Source: Mycoplasma mycoides subsp. capri (lineage in GTDB: Bacteria; Bacillota_I; Bacilli_A; Mycoplasmatales; Mycoplasmataceae). From it: a DNA stretch of 32,000 nt. The notes beneath the pieces were generated by a model. It was given only the letters and a program-made list of their open reading frames with translations, was not told the origin of the DNA and made no database searches. Of the stretch, positions 19,828 to 31,659 are shown in pieces. A program made the position numbers and the translations under genes. The stretch spans positions 180,001 through 212,000 of the forward strand of contig NZ_CP065581.1 of assembly GCF_018389705.1 (NCBI RefSeq), in the 5' to 3' direction. Each line of letters starts with the position of its first letter. The first letter of the stretch is position 1.

Positions 19828-22800
19828 ATGAAAAAGTTATTAGCTGTATTAATTGGACTAACTCTTTTTACAACATCAGGTGTATCATATGTAGCTTATG
19901 ATAATATAACTTCTATTTCTGCAAATCAACACAATAATAGAAAGAATCTGTTATCTGAAATTGATAAAATTGAAAAAGATATTAAAGATAAAGAATCTAA
20001 TAGTGATAAACTAAGGCTAGGTAAATTAGATAAAGAAATAAGTATTAAGAATTTTCAAGCTTCTATTGACAAAATTAAAAAGCAAATTGCTGAAAAGCAA
20101 GATCAAATCAAAATAATTAAAGTTAAAAGAGATAAATTAGCTAAAGATTTTGCTGAAGTTGACAAAAAACTTGCTCCACTAAAAGAACTTGATTCTAAAC
20201 AACAAGATCAAATCAAAAAATTAGAGGATAAAATAACTTCTGATAAAAAATCAATTGAAGAAAATAAAAAAATATTAGTTAAAGAAACTGAAAAACTTAC
20301 CTCATTGACAAAAGAATTAAAAGATTCTGATGCTGTTCTAATAAAAAAACAAAGTGAGTTAAAAACTATACAAGATAAACTAGCTGACTTTGAAAAAATT
20401 GCTAAAGAATTAGAAGAAAAGCAGAATGAATTAAATAATGCAAGAGAAAAATTAGCTACTTTAGGTTTAATTCCAAAAGAGTTAGTAGAAGCTATTAAAC
20501 AAAAAGATTGACTAGAAAAACAAATTAAAAAAAATAAAGAAGATCTTACTTTAAAAAAATTAACTGAAGAAGAAGTTTTAAAGAAAATAGAAGAATTAAG
20601 TAAAGAACTTCCAACATTCGAATCTAACAACAAGAAATTAATAGAAGCTTATAATTCAAAAAAAACTGAAGTAGAAATTCTAAATAAAGAAGTCCAAGAA
20701 TTAGAAAAAGAAACAATAAAATTAAAAGAATTCTATAAAGAAAAAGTTTTTGTTCTAAAAACTCAATATGATAATTTATCAAAACAAAAACAAGATCTGC
20801 ATAACAAAATTTCAGATAGAACTAATTATAAGAACAAAATAGAATCAGAAATTAAGAACCTTAAAGATCAAATAGCTGAAATTGAAAGACAAACTGGTGA
20901 AAAACATCAAAGTATTGATAAGTTAGAAAAAGAATTAAAATCTTTAGCAGGTAAAAAAGAACAAGCTTTAAAAGAAATTAAACAATTAACTACAAAAATA
21001 TCTTCATACCATCAAAAAATAGAAGCTAAAGAAAAAGAAATATCAAAACTTAATAAACAAATAAAAGACAGAAAAGCAAACAAAAAGACTGTTGAGGATG
21101 GATTAAGTAGTCTAAAGAGATCTATTAAAAGAGTTGAAGCTGATATTATCTTAAAAGAATCTATTATTAAAGAATCTGAAGACAGCATTTCTAAATTAGC
21201 TTCAAGTAAAAAACAACTTGAAGAAAATAAAAAACAAATAGAACAAAAAATTGACAATATTAAAAAAGAAATTGAAAATCTTGAACAAAAAATAGCTGAA
21301 AAAATTACTTCAAATGCTAATTCTAAAAAAGAATATGAAGATAAAATAGAAAAATTGAAAGAAACTGTTTCTGAATTTATAAAAGAAAAAGAAAAAATAA
21401 ACAAACAAATTCAAAATATAAATGAAGAAACAAATAAACAAAATGATCTTTTAGAAAAAACTAAAAAAGAAGAAACTAACTTAATAAGTACTAAAGAAGA
21501 ATTAAAGAGATCTCAAGTTGAAAAAGATAGAGAATATGAAGAAATTCTATCTAACTTATCTAAAGAAGAAAATGAGTTAAAAGTTAATACTAGTGAAAAA
21601 GAAAAATACGCTAAAGAATTTGAAAAAGCTAACAGACAAGCTTTAGAAAAACAAAAGGAACTTAGTGTTTTTGAAAACAAAGTAATAGCTTTAGAAAAAG
21701 TAAGAGATCAAAAAAATAAAGAAAATAGCAGTATAAGAAAACAAGTTGATTCATTAACTAGAATGATTGTTTCAAAAAATGAAGATTTAAATAAAGCAAA
21801 AACTGAGAAAGCTGATTTAGAAAAAGAAATTTCTAATATTGATAAGCAAATAGAATCTACTATTCAAAAGATTAATAAAGATAAGCAAGATAATAAAGAT
21901 TTAATTTCTAAATTAACAAAAGAATTAGAAGAAAAACGAAAAGATATCGATAGATTAAAGAAATCTGCAGATGATATCAAAGACAAAACAACACCAATCA
22001 GTGCAATTGTCAATTCAAGAAAACAAGAATTAGACATGTTAATTAAGCAACATAAAGAATTAAAAGAAACTGTCAAAAGCTTAGAAAATAAACTTACAAC
22101 TGAAACTACTAATTTAGAAAAAATGAATTCTGAAATTGAACCAACTATAGTTGAACTAGGTAAGAAGAACGAAGAAGGTAAGGACATATTCTTATCTATT
22201 ACTAAATTACAAAAGCAAGTTGAATATTTATCAACTATTGATGAACAATTAAGTAAAGAAAAAACATCATTAGAAAATAAACTTAGAATTGTTGAAAAAG
22301 AAATATTAGAAAAAAAATTAAGTAAATCATCAGATGATATCAAAAATGCAAGCGCTACTATAGAAGGCTTAAAAAAATTTACAGAGTTTTTAAATAAACA
22401 AACTGAAGAAGAAAAAGAAGAATTAGCTATAGTTGTTAAAAAGAATCAAGAACTACAAAGTGAAATAGAAAAAGAGTCTAAAATAGTTGAATCTGCTGAA
22501 GCTGCTAATAAAAGATTGAAAAGAGAAGACAAAGAGCTAAAGGATAAACTTTCTGAATTAGTTAACAAGAAAAATAAATTAATTGAAAAAATTGATGAAA
22601 TTATTACTTTAAGTGTTGATCTTGAAAATATTTACAGAAATAATTTAAATATTGCAGGTAAAGCTAAAATTGAAATTGAACTAGCAAAAAGAACTCTTCA
22701 AACTTATGTTGAAACTCCAGTTGATCAATACAAGAATGATTTAAACAAAATTAGAAGAACTCATTTTAAAGCTATTGTAAAATGCTACAAAGATATCACA

Positions 22801-22890
22801 GATAATGAACAAAAAGCTGCTAAAAAATTAGAACAATTTAAAACTTCTATCGAAGATTTAAATAAACAAATAGAAGAATTTAACAAATAA
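19828..22890 (+). CDS. Very long coiled-coil protein with N-terminal hydrophobic leader (paralogue B)
   Basis: MKKLLAVLIGLTLFTTSGVSYVAYDNITSISAN then ~990 aa coiled-coil sequence through a single TGA=Trp; RBS AAGGAG. Starts 30 bp after paralogue A. Confidence 0.85.
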
Positions 22891-22907
22891 TAATATAAAC
22901 AAACATT

Positions 22908-22927
22908 AACTCATCTTAGGATGAGTT
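22908..22927 (+). terminator. Terminator after the coiled-coil pair
   Basis: AACTCATC-TTAG-GATGAGTT followed by T-run. Confidence 0.8.
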
Positions 22928-22967
22928 TTTGTTACATAATTTATTTGATAAATAATTAGGAGGTTAT

Positions 22968-23873
22968 ATGAAAAGTGAAATTCTAATTAGTAAAGATAAT
23001 AAACAATTAGTTTTATATAAATGAGATGAAGTAATTAGACCACTAGCTGTAATTCAACTAGTTCATGGTAGTTGTGAACATATAAAAAGATATGAAGATT
23101 TTATAAAACAAATGAATCAAAATAATGTAATAGTAATTGGTATTGATCAAAGAGGTCATGGACAAACTAGTGTATTAAATAATGAACTTGGGTATTTTAA
23201 TAAAACTAAAGGTTGAGAGTGTTTAATACAAGATCAATTATTAGTTAATCAATATATTAAAACTAATTATTCTGATTTACCTATTTATATGTTTGGTCAT
23301 TCAATGGGAAGTTTTCTTGCTAGAAGTTATGCTATTAAATATAGTAATACTATTAAAGGATTAATTTTAAGTGGAACTAATCAAACTAATAGTTTTACTT
23401 TACTTTCAGCTTTATTATTAACAAAATTAACTTCTTTATTTTTAAAAGAAAAACAACCAAATAAAATTATCTGAAATATTAGTTATAAACAATTAAATAA
23501 AAAGTTTAAAACTAATAATAGTAATGGAGTTGAATGACTAACTAGAGATACAAATATTCAAAATCAATTTTTAAATGATAAATTATGTGGGTTTGTATTT
23601 AGTAGTAGTGCTTTTAAAGATATGTTTAAAGGAATGTTATTTAACTTAAAAACTAAAAACATAAAAAAGATGAATCATGATCTAAGAATTTTATTACTAA
23701 CTGGTAGTGATGATCCTGTAAGTCATTATAGTAAAGATGTAATTAAACTAAATAATAAATTAGAAAAATTGGGTTATAATTCAAAACTAATTATTTATAA
23801 AGATTCTAGACATGAAATCTTAAATGAATTAGATAAAGATTTAGTAATTAGAGATATTTTAAAATTTATGTAA
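22968..23873 (+). CDS. Alpha/beta hydrolase (lysophospholipase-like)
   Basis: VIQLVHGSCEHIKRYEDF...GIDQRGHGQT...YMFGHSMGSFLARSYA (nucleophile elbow GHSMG) ...GSDDPVSHY...DSRHEIL. Confidence 0.88.
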
Positions 23874-23927
23874 TTTATTAATTTTTATCTTTATAATATA
23901 ACTAATAAATAGAAAAAGAGTAGAAAT

Positions 23928-24392
23928 ATGCTGCCAAAAGATCTTGATTTTAAGCTACAAATTATAGAAGAACATAAAAAAGGAGCTTCAGTTAAAGCTT
24001 TATCAGATAAATATAATATTGGTATTTGAACAATCAGAGATTGGATTCACCAGTATAAAATGTTTGCTGAGCAAGGAATTAGTAAAAGTGTAGTTCATAC
24101 TAAATATGATCCAGAGTTTAAATTACATGTTATTAATCATAAAAAAGAATATAACTTAAGCTATCCAGAAACTATAAAATTATTTAGTATTAAAAACTCT
24201 TCAACTGTTGCTTTGTGAGAAAAACAGTTTAAAGAAAAAGGAATACAAGGTTTAAGTAATCAAATCGGCAGACCCAAAAACAGCTCTACTTCTTATAAAC
24301 AGCTCTTTTTACAATTAGAAGAAAAAATTGCTGATTTAGAACATCAAATTGATGAACTAAAACAGCAATTAAATATAAAAGATACAAAATAA
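23928..24392 (+). CDS. Helix-turn-helix protein resembling IS3-family transposase OrfA
   Basis: LQIIEEHKKGASVKALSDKYNIGIWTIRDWIHQYK..., second HTH-like segment (YPETIKLFSIKNSSTVALWEKQFKEKGIQGL), C-terminal coiled coil LEEKIADLEHQIDELKQQL. Confidence 0.7.
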
Positions 24393-24412
24393 ACATACTT
24401 ATAAAAAATTAG

Positions 24413-24437
24413 ACCTTAGCAAACAAAAAGCTAAGGT
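24413..24437. terminator. Hairpin between convergent genes (probably bidirectional terminator)
   Basis: ACCTTAGC...GCTAAGGT with flanking A/T runs, between HTH gene (+) and deoD (-). Confidence 0.7.
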
Positions 24438-24439
24438 TT

Positions 24440-25093
24440 TTAATTTGCAAATAGTTTTTCTAAAACATCTTGATACATTTTTAGTGTAGCTATTTCTCTT
24501 TGTTTTGCAGTTAAATCATTTGAATGATCATTTAAATTATCTGAAACAGTTAAAATAGTTGCTGCCTTTTTATTAAAATGATTTGCTAAATAAAATAAGG
24601 CAAAACTTTCCATATCAACAACATCTAAATTATGTTCTTTTATATCTAGTTTAGATAATCTGTAAAACACATCACTACAGTGAACATTTGCTTTTAAACC
24701 AATATTTAGATCTAAACTAGGTTGATTTTTTTGTCATCCTGTTTTATTTGGTTCAAAAATATTAACTTCACTAAAAGCATTTTTAGCTTCAATTACACTT
24801 CCTATTTTAATATCGTTATTATATGTTCCACAAGTTCCAACTCTAATAATAGTATTAACATTATGATCATTAAATAACTCATGAACATAAATAGCAATTG
24901 ATGGTTGACCCATTCCACTAGTAGCAAAACTAACTTTATGGTTTTTATAATACCCAGTATAAACAAAAGCATTTCTTATTTCACTTACTAATTTATAATC
25001 AGTTAGTAAGTTTTCTGCTGCTCATTTAGTTCTTTTTGGATCTCCTGCAATTAGTACAATATTAGCAATATCGGCATTTTTATCAATATGCAT
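24440..25093 (-). CDS. deoD: Purine-nucleoside phosphorylase
   Basis: MHIDKNADIANIVLIAGDPKRTKWAAENLL...ATSGMGQPSIAIY...RVGTCG...VVDMESFALF...VSDNLN. Confidence 0.93.
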
Positions 25094-25295
25094 ATTTTTT
25101 TCTCCTAACTAAAGTTTATTTATATCTATTTATAGATTACTAAAAACAAATAAGTTAATAAAAGTTTTAAACTAGTTTTTTACTAGTTTTAATTAATTTT
25201 TTTAAATATTTTTAATTTTTAATCACTTTTTAAATTTTTTTTCTAATACTATAATGAAAGCAAAATAAGCTTTAATTATTTTATTAAATTTTAAA

Positions 25296-26276
25296 TTATT
25301 TATTATATCTAGTTAAAAGAGTGTTAAATACTAAATTATCATCTTCAGTTCTAATATAAGTTTTTAAAAGATCAATTAAAATTTTTGAACGAAAAATAAT
25401 AAAAAAATAATTTATAAGTAATTTTTTAAAAGTTTTTTCTAATACATTAATAGAAAGGATAAATGAGTTATTCTCAAACACTTCTTTAATTGCATTAACT
25501 AAATGTGTTTCATTTAAAGTTAGATTATATAAATGTCAGTTTAAATCAGTTGTAAAGTTATTTTTAAAAATTTTAATCAGTTGTTGTTGTAAATCATTAA
25601 TGTTATTAATATCTTCATATTCTAGTTCTAAAACTATTTGATGAGATCAATTTAATACAGTAAGTAAATAAGTTTTTTCATTCATTAAATCAATAAAAAC
25701 TGGTTTGTTATCAATTTCTAGTTGATCTTTTGGTATTTTATAAATTCTTTGGTTTTTATTAGTAATAACAAATTCAAATTTATCACTTATTATAAATACA
25801 TCTTTAAATTTATATTTATTTAAATCTATCTGTTGATTTATAAAAAATCTATTAATAGATGCAATTCTTAAAATATCTGAAAAAATAGTTGGATTAGTTT
25901 TAATAATAAAATCATTATTAATATCAAAATTAGTGTTTAATACTAATCTGTGTCTGTGTTTGTGATCTAAAACTTTTTGTAAGAATTCATTTTTAAATTT
26001 ATTTTGATTAATAATATTTGTAAAAAAACTGTTTTTAGTTAAAAGGTTAACTTCTTTATTTATAAAGTCTAAATAAATATCAAAATTTAACATATAATAA
26101 CCAACTAAATCACCCTTTAAACAATAATACTTTAAAGCTCTATTTCAATTAGCTGAAGTATATAAACTATTTAGAATATAACTTGGAATTTGTTCAAAGA
26201 CTTGATCACCAATTAAATAGTTATCATCTAGTTTATTTATTTGGATTAGAACTGAGTGTGTAGCATAATAAAACAT
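25296..26276 (-). CDS. Conserved-looking hypothetical protein (326 aa)
   Basis: Minus frame continuous with TGA=Trp from MFYYATHSVLIQINKLDDNYLIGDQVFEQIP... to ...LLTRYNK*. No family recognised by eye. Confidence 0.65.
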
Positions 26277-26350
26277 ATATTTTTTCTTTCTATTAATAAA
26301 TTTAACAAAAAATAGACTAGTTATTAAGTTTAAGTTAATAAAGATTGTAG

Positions 26351-26384
26351 TTGGTTTTATTTGGTGTAATTTGGATTTTTTTGG
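26351..26384 (+). promoter_or_regulatory. Four TTGG boxes at exact 10-bp spacing upstream of the regulator/fruK/fruA operon
   Basis: TTGG at 26351, 26361, 26371 and 26381 in TTGGTTTTATTTGGTGTAATTTGGATTTTTTTGG. Confidence 0.45.
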
Positions 26385-26406
26385 TTTATTTTAGAAAATA
26401 GTTGTT

Positions 26407-26412
26407 TATAAT
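26407..26412 (+). promoter_or_regulatory. -10 box (TATAAT) of the fru operon
   Basis: TATAAT 18 bp upstream of the regulator ATG; poor -35 match at optimal spacing. Confidence 0.5.
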
Positions 26413-26429
26413 AAAATCGAGGGATTCAT

Positions 26430-27128
26430 ATGATTAAAGAACAAAGATACAAAGAGATTTTAAAAAAACTAGAAATAAATGAATTACTTTCTTTAGATTT
26501 TCTATCAACTGATTTAAATATTCCCTTAACTACTTTAAGAAGAGATCTTAAAGAACTAGAACAAAGACATAAAGTTATTAGAACGCATGGAGGAGTACAA
26601 CTTAATAAAAGTAATTTAATTGTTGAAGATTATTTAGATAATAAGATTAATTTAAATATCCAAGCTAAACAACAAATTGCTATTAAAGCTCTTAAAAAAA
26701 TTAAACCTAAAACTTGTATTTTTTTAGATTCAGGCTCAACAACTTATTATTTAGCAAAAATCTTAGATCCTAATTTAGATTTAAAAATTGTTACTAATTC
26801 AATTTTAAATGTTCAAGAATTAAGTAAAAATAATCATCAAAATATTTACTTATTAGGTGGAAAATATCAAGTAGTTACTAGTTCTATTTTAGGTTATCAA
26901 GCAGTCAATGATTTAAAAAACTATTCTTTTGATTTAAGTTTTATTGGCATTAATGCAGTTGATGATCAAAATAATATTTATACAACTAGTGATGATCATG
27001 CTCAATTAAAAATTCAAGTGATTAAAAATTCAAATAAAAGTTATGGGTTAGTTGATCAATCTAAAAAACATTCTAAATCATTTTATAAATTTGCTACAAA
27101 CTTAGAACTAGAACTAATTGAAGATTAA
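26430..27128 (+). CDS. fruR: DeoR/GlpR-family transcriptional regulator (FruR-like)
   Basis: MIKEQRYKEILKKLEINELLSLDFLSTDLNIPLTTLRRDLKELEQRHKVIRTHGGVQL...FLDSGSTTYYLAK. Co-located with fruK/fruA. Confidence 0.85.
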   Translation: MIKEQRYKEILKKLEINELLSLDFLSTDLNIPLTTLRRDLKELEQRHKVIRTHGGVQLNKSNLIVEDYLDNKINLNIQAKQQIAIKALKKIKPKTCIFLDSGSTTYYLAKILDPNLDLKIVTNSILNVQELSKNNHQNIYLLGGKYQVVTSSILGYQAVNDLKNYSFDLSFIGINAVDDQNNIYTTSDDHAQLKIQVIKNSNKSYGLVDQSKKHSKSFYKFATNLELELIED

Positions 27129-28063
27129 TGATTTATACAATTACTTTAAACCCTGCTATTGATTGTGTAATTGAAACTAATCAAATAGATTTTAATAATA
27201 CTAACTATTATTCAAATAGTTATTCATTAATTGGTGGTAAGGGAATTAATGTAGCAATTATTTTAAATAATTTAAAAAATGATGTTATAAGTACAGGTTT
27301 TTTAGGTAAGAATAATAGTGATCAATTTTTTGATAAATTTATAGAATTGAATTTAAAAAATCATTTCTTTTTATATGATGGTGTAACTAGAACTAATTTT
27401 AAAATTAAAAATTTAAATACTTTTGATGAAATAGAGCTAAACGGTGTTGGGTGTGATCTGAAATCAAGTTATTTAAATAAGCTTTTAAAATATCTTAAAG
27501 ATAATTTAAATAAAAATGATATTGTTATAGCTAGTGGAAGTATTAATAAATCATTTAATGATAATGTTTATCAAATTATAGGTGATCTTGTTAATAAAAA
27601 ACAAGCTTTATTTATTTTAGATACTTCTAAAAAATATCTTTTAGAAGGTTTAAAAACAAAACCATTTTTAATTAAACCAAACATTAGTGAATTATTTGCG
27701 GTTTTTAATGAACCTATTAGTTATGAATTTGATCAAATTTATAAAAAAATCAAACAACTACAAAGTTTAGGAGCCAGAAATATTTTATTAAGTATGGCAA
27801 GTAAGGGAAGTTATTATTTTTCAGAAAGCAATGATATTTATAAAATAGGAGTTGGGCAAGGAAAACTAGTTAATTCAACTGGAGCTGGTGATTCAATGTT
27901 GGCTGGATTTATTCATGGATTAAATCAACAATTAGATATTATAAAAACTTTAAAATATGCTGCTAGTTGCGGTTCAAGTACTGCTTTTAGTAAATGACTA
28001 GCAACAAAAAAAGAAATTAATAAGCAATTAAAAAATATTGAAGTTAAAAAAATAGAAAGGTAG
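27128..28063 (+). CDS. fruK: 1-phosphofructokinase
   Basis: MIYTITLNPAIDCVIE...GGKGINVAIILNNL...KPNISELF...LVNSTGAGDSMLAGFIHG (PfkB signature). Confidence 0.92.
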
Positions 28064-28065
28064 TT

Positions 28066-30102
28066 ATGCAAATAAAAGATTTATTTAATCAAAATACTTC
28101 TTTTTTTAAACAAGAATTTAAAACAAAAACACAAATAATTGATTTTTTAGTTTCAAAATTGTTTGAACAAAAAATTATTAGTAAAAAAACTGCAGTTTTA
28201 AATGCAATTAAAACAAGAGAAAAATTAGAATCAACTGCAATTGGTGATGGTATTGCAATTCCACATACATTAAATGAAGCAGTATTAAAACCAACAGTTT
28301 GTTTTATCAGTTTAAAAAACCCAATAAAATGAAATAATGATGATAACCAATTAGTTGATTTAGTTTTTTTAATAGTAACAAATGATCAAAATGGTGATGA
28401 TCATATAACTGCAATTGCAGGTCTTTCATCTAAATTTTTAGATTCTAATGTTTTAAATAAATTAAGAGAAATTGAAAATTTTGATGAATTAGTAGAAATT
28501 TTTAATGATAAAGAAGAATTAAAAGAAGAACAAATTAATAAAAATGAATTTTTTGATGTTGTTGGAATAACTGCTTGTCCTACAGGAATTGCTCATACAT
28601 ATCTAGCTAGTGATAAGTTAACTGAATATGCAAAAAGTTTAAATCTAAGCAGTAAGATTGAAACACAAGGAAGAAGAGGAATTGAAAACAAGTTAACTGA
28701 ACAAGATATTAAAAATGCTAAAGTGATTATTTTAGCTCATGATAAAGCAATTGAAGGAATGTCTAGATTTAATAATTGTAAAGTTATTGACACAAGTACA
28801 AAAGATGCAATTTATAATGGAAAAGAATTAATTTCTAATTTTGATACACATCCTAAATTAAAAGAAATTAAAAATATTAAAGCTGATGATTCAAATGTTG
28901 GAGAATTAAGCTTAAAAAAATTTAAAGACTTTAAAGGTAATTTATTAGGTGGAGTTTCTAGAATGCTACCTTTTGTAGTAGCTGGTGGAATTATTTTAGG
29001 GATTGCTTTTTTATTAGATTTTATTACTGGTAATGGTAATGCTAAAGGTGATTTTGGAACAGTTAATAAAGTTTCTGGTTGATTTGCAGCAATTGGTAAA
29101 ACTGCAATGATGATGATGGTTCCAATACTTGGTGGTTATATTGCTTATGCGATTGTAGGACCACAAGGATTAATGCCTGGTGTTGTAGCTGGACTATTAG
29201 CAGATAATACAGGTGGTTTTGCATATGGAACTATAGGATCTTGATCTGGATTATGAAAAAGAATTCTACCAGATCATTTACCAACTAGTTCAGGATTTAT
29301 TGGTGCTATGGTTGGAGGTTATTTAGCTGCTTTTATTGTTTTTGGTCTGACTATAGGAATGCAAAAATTTAAAAAACCATTTCATGGTGTAAGAGATATA
29401 GTATTTATTCCAATTTTATCTTTATTAGGAATTTCTTTAACTATGTTTGTGTTAAATATACCGCTTGGATATTTACTATATGGAATTCAATTAGGATTAA
29501 CTTATATGGCTAAAAATAATTTATTAATTATTTTAGGAGCTATTATAGGGTTAATGATGTGTGTTGATATGGGTGGTCCTATTAATAAGATTGCTTATGT
29601 TTTAGGAACAGCTTCAGTAGCAGGAACATTTGGACAAGAAGCTATATTTACAAATATTATGGCTGCTTCAATGGCTGGAGGAATGATTCCACCTTTAGGT
29701 ATTGCTTTATGTACAGTTTTATTTAAAAAAGTTTGAACCTCAAAAGAAAGAGATGCTGCAAAAGCAAATTGATTAATGGGATCATTTTTCATAAGTGAAG
29801 GAGCTATTCCATTTATGGTAACTGATCCAAAACATATTTCAGTTTCAGCTTTAAGTGGTGGATTTGTTACAGGTTTATTAGTTGGTGCATTTAAAATTAC
29901 TTTACCAGCTCCACATGGTGGAATATTTGTATTTCCTTTATTAAATTCAGAATTATTTACTCAACACAGTGTTGCTAAAGGTATGGGTATAGCTTTATTT
30001 ATACTAGCTATTTTAATAGGAACACTTGTAATGACATTAATACTAGGGTTCTGAAAAAAAGTAGATATTAATAAAGGACGTTTACAATTAGTTCAAGTTT
30101 AA
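28066..30102 (+). CDS. fruA: PTS fructose transporter EIIABC
   Basis: EIIA GIAIPHTLNE, EIIB ITACPTGIAHTYLASDKL, EIIC GGVSRMLPFVVAGGIILGIAF and SEGAIPFMVTDPKH, across TGA=Trp codons. Confidence 0.94.
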
Positions 30103-30107
30103 AATAG

Positions 30108-30126
30108 ATCCTCTTTTTAAGAGGAT
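30108..30126 (+). terminator. Terminator after fruA
   Basis: ATCCTC-TTTTTAA-GAGGAT followed by TTTT. Confidence 0.75.
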
Positions 30127-30144
30127 TTTTAATTAGAAATAAAA

Positions 30145-30172
30145 AATCCTATTTTATAACTAAAATAGGATT
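30145..30172 (-). terminator. Terminator for deoA on the minus strand
   Basis: AATCCTATTTTA-TAAC-TAAAATAGGATT inverted repeat preceded by an A-run on the + strand (T-run on -). Confidence 0.75.
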
Positions 30173-30184
30173 AATTATTATTCA

Positions 30185-31498
30185 TTATTTCACATCTTCA
30201 GATATGATTTCTCAGATCACTTTTTTGACGGGCTGTTGCTCTAGTAATTCGTATGACTCATGTATTTCTTTTTCTCATTTTGGATTAATTTCTCTATTTG
30301 TATAAAGAGTCATAATTGTATCGCCAGCATTAACATAATCACCATATTGCTTATCAAAATAAATTCCAGCTCCATGATCAATTTTATCTGTTTTTTTAAA
30401 TCTTCCAGCACCAATTTCTATTAAAATCATTCCGATTTCTTCAGCTCTTTTATATCTAATATATCCACTATTTGTTGCTTTAATTTCTAGTTTATTTTTA
30501 CAACTAAAGTGTTTATCATAATTTTCTAAAACACTTCAATCTCCACCTTGAGCAATTACAAAGTCTTTTAGATAATGTGCAGCTTCTTTTGATTTTAATT
30601 TCTTTAAAACATCTTGTTTAGCTTCATTTAAATCAGCAAATACTTTAGCTTGTAATAAAGTAATTCCAACTAGAGTTGCAATTAGTTCATTAAAATCACT
30701 AGGTCCATTACCATTTAAAGTTTCTCAAGCTTCTTTAACTTCTAAAGCATTTCCCATAGCTCTACCTAATGGTTTTTCCATATTAGTTAAAACTACAGCT
30801 ACTTTTCTATTATATTGTTTTCCAACTTCAATCATACGATTAGCTAAATCTTTAGCATCTTCAATTGTTGTCATAAATGCACCATTACCAGTTTTAACAT
30901 CTAATATTAAACCATCATTTTCAACAATCATTTTTTTACTCATAATTGAAGCAACAATTAAAGGCATTGAATCTATTGTTCCTGTTACATCTCTTAAGGC
31001 ATAAATTTTTTTATCAGCTGGAACAATATTATCTGATTGAGCAATAATGCTCATATTTGTTTTATTAATTACATCTACAAACTCATCATTTGTAACTTCA
31101 CATTTTCATCCTGGAAATGATTCTAATTTATCAATAGTTCCACCAGTTTTTCCTAAACCTCTTCCAGATAATTTACATACTTTAATTCCATAACTTGCAA
31201 CTAGTGGTGCATAAACTAAACTAGTTTTATCTCCAACTCCTCCAGTTGAGTGTTTATCTGCTTTAAAACCACTAACTTTAGATAAATCATATCTATCTCC
31301 AGATTCAATATAAGCTTTAGTTAAATAAGCAGTTTCTTTAGCTGTCATATCTGTAAAATAAGTAGCCATGCAAAAACTAGCCATTTGATAATCAGTAATT
31401 TCACCTTTTGTATAACTATTAATTAATCAAGAGATTTCTTGTTCAGTTAATTCTATATTATGTTTCTTTTTTTCTATTATATCTGCAAATGTAAACAT
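30185..31498 (-). CDS. deoA: Pyrimidine-nucleoside/thymidine phosphorylase
   Basis: Minus strand [27 protein letters not shown]...[27 protein letters not shown]...[17 protein letters not shown]... ending [18 protein letters not shown]. Confidence 0.94.
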
Positions 31499-31659
31499 TT
31501 ATATACCAACTTTCTATTTGTCTATTTTTATTATACTTTTAAAATCAATATTATTTTGAACATTAATTTTGACAATTTTAGTATTGGGTTTTAAAATAGT
31601 AAAATATTTCATAGGTGCTATAATAACTATACATAAAAATGTCATTAAGGAGTAAAAAA

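Noticed and set aside
17607-22343. Minus-strand ORFs of 76-159 aa (17607-17957, 18147-18512, 18737-18979, 20208-20633, 21012-21404, 21864-22343)
   Set aside because: Ser/Phe/Leu-rich complements of Lys/Glu/Leu-rich coiled-coil codons; no RBS or family resemblance. Shadow ORFs.
29595-29792. Minus-strand 65-aa ORF within fruA
   Set aside because: Antisense to conserved EIIC coding sequence; no independent support.
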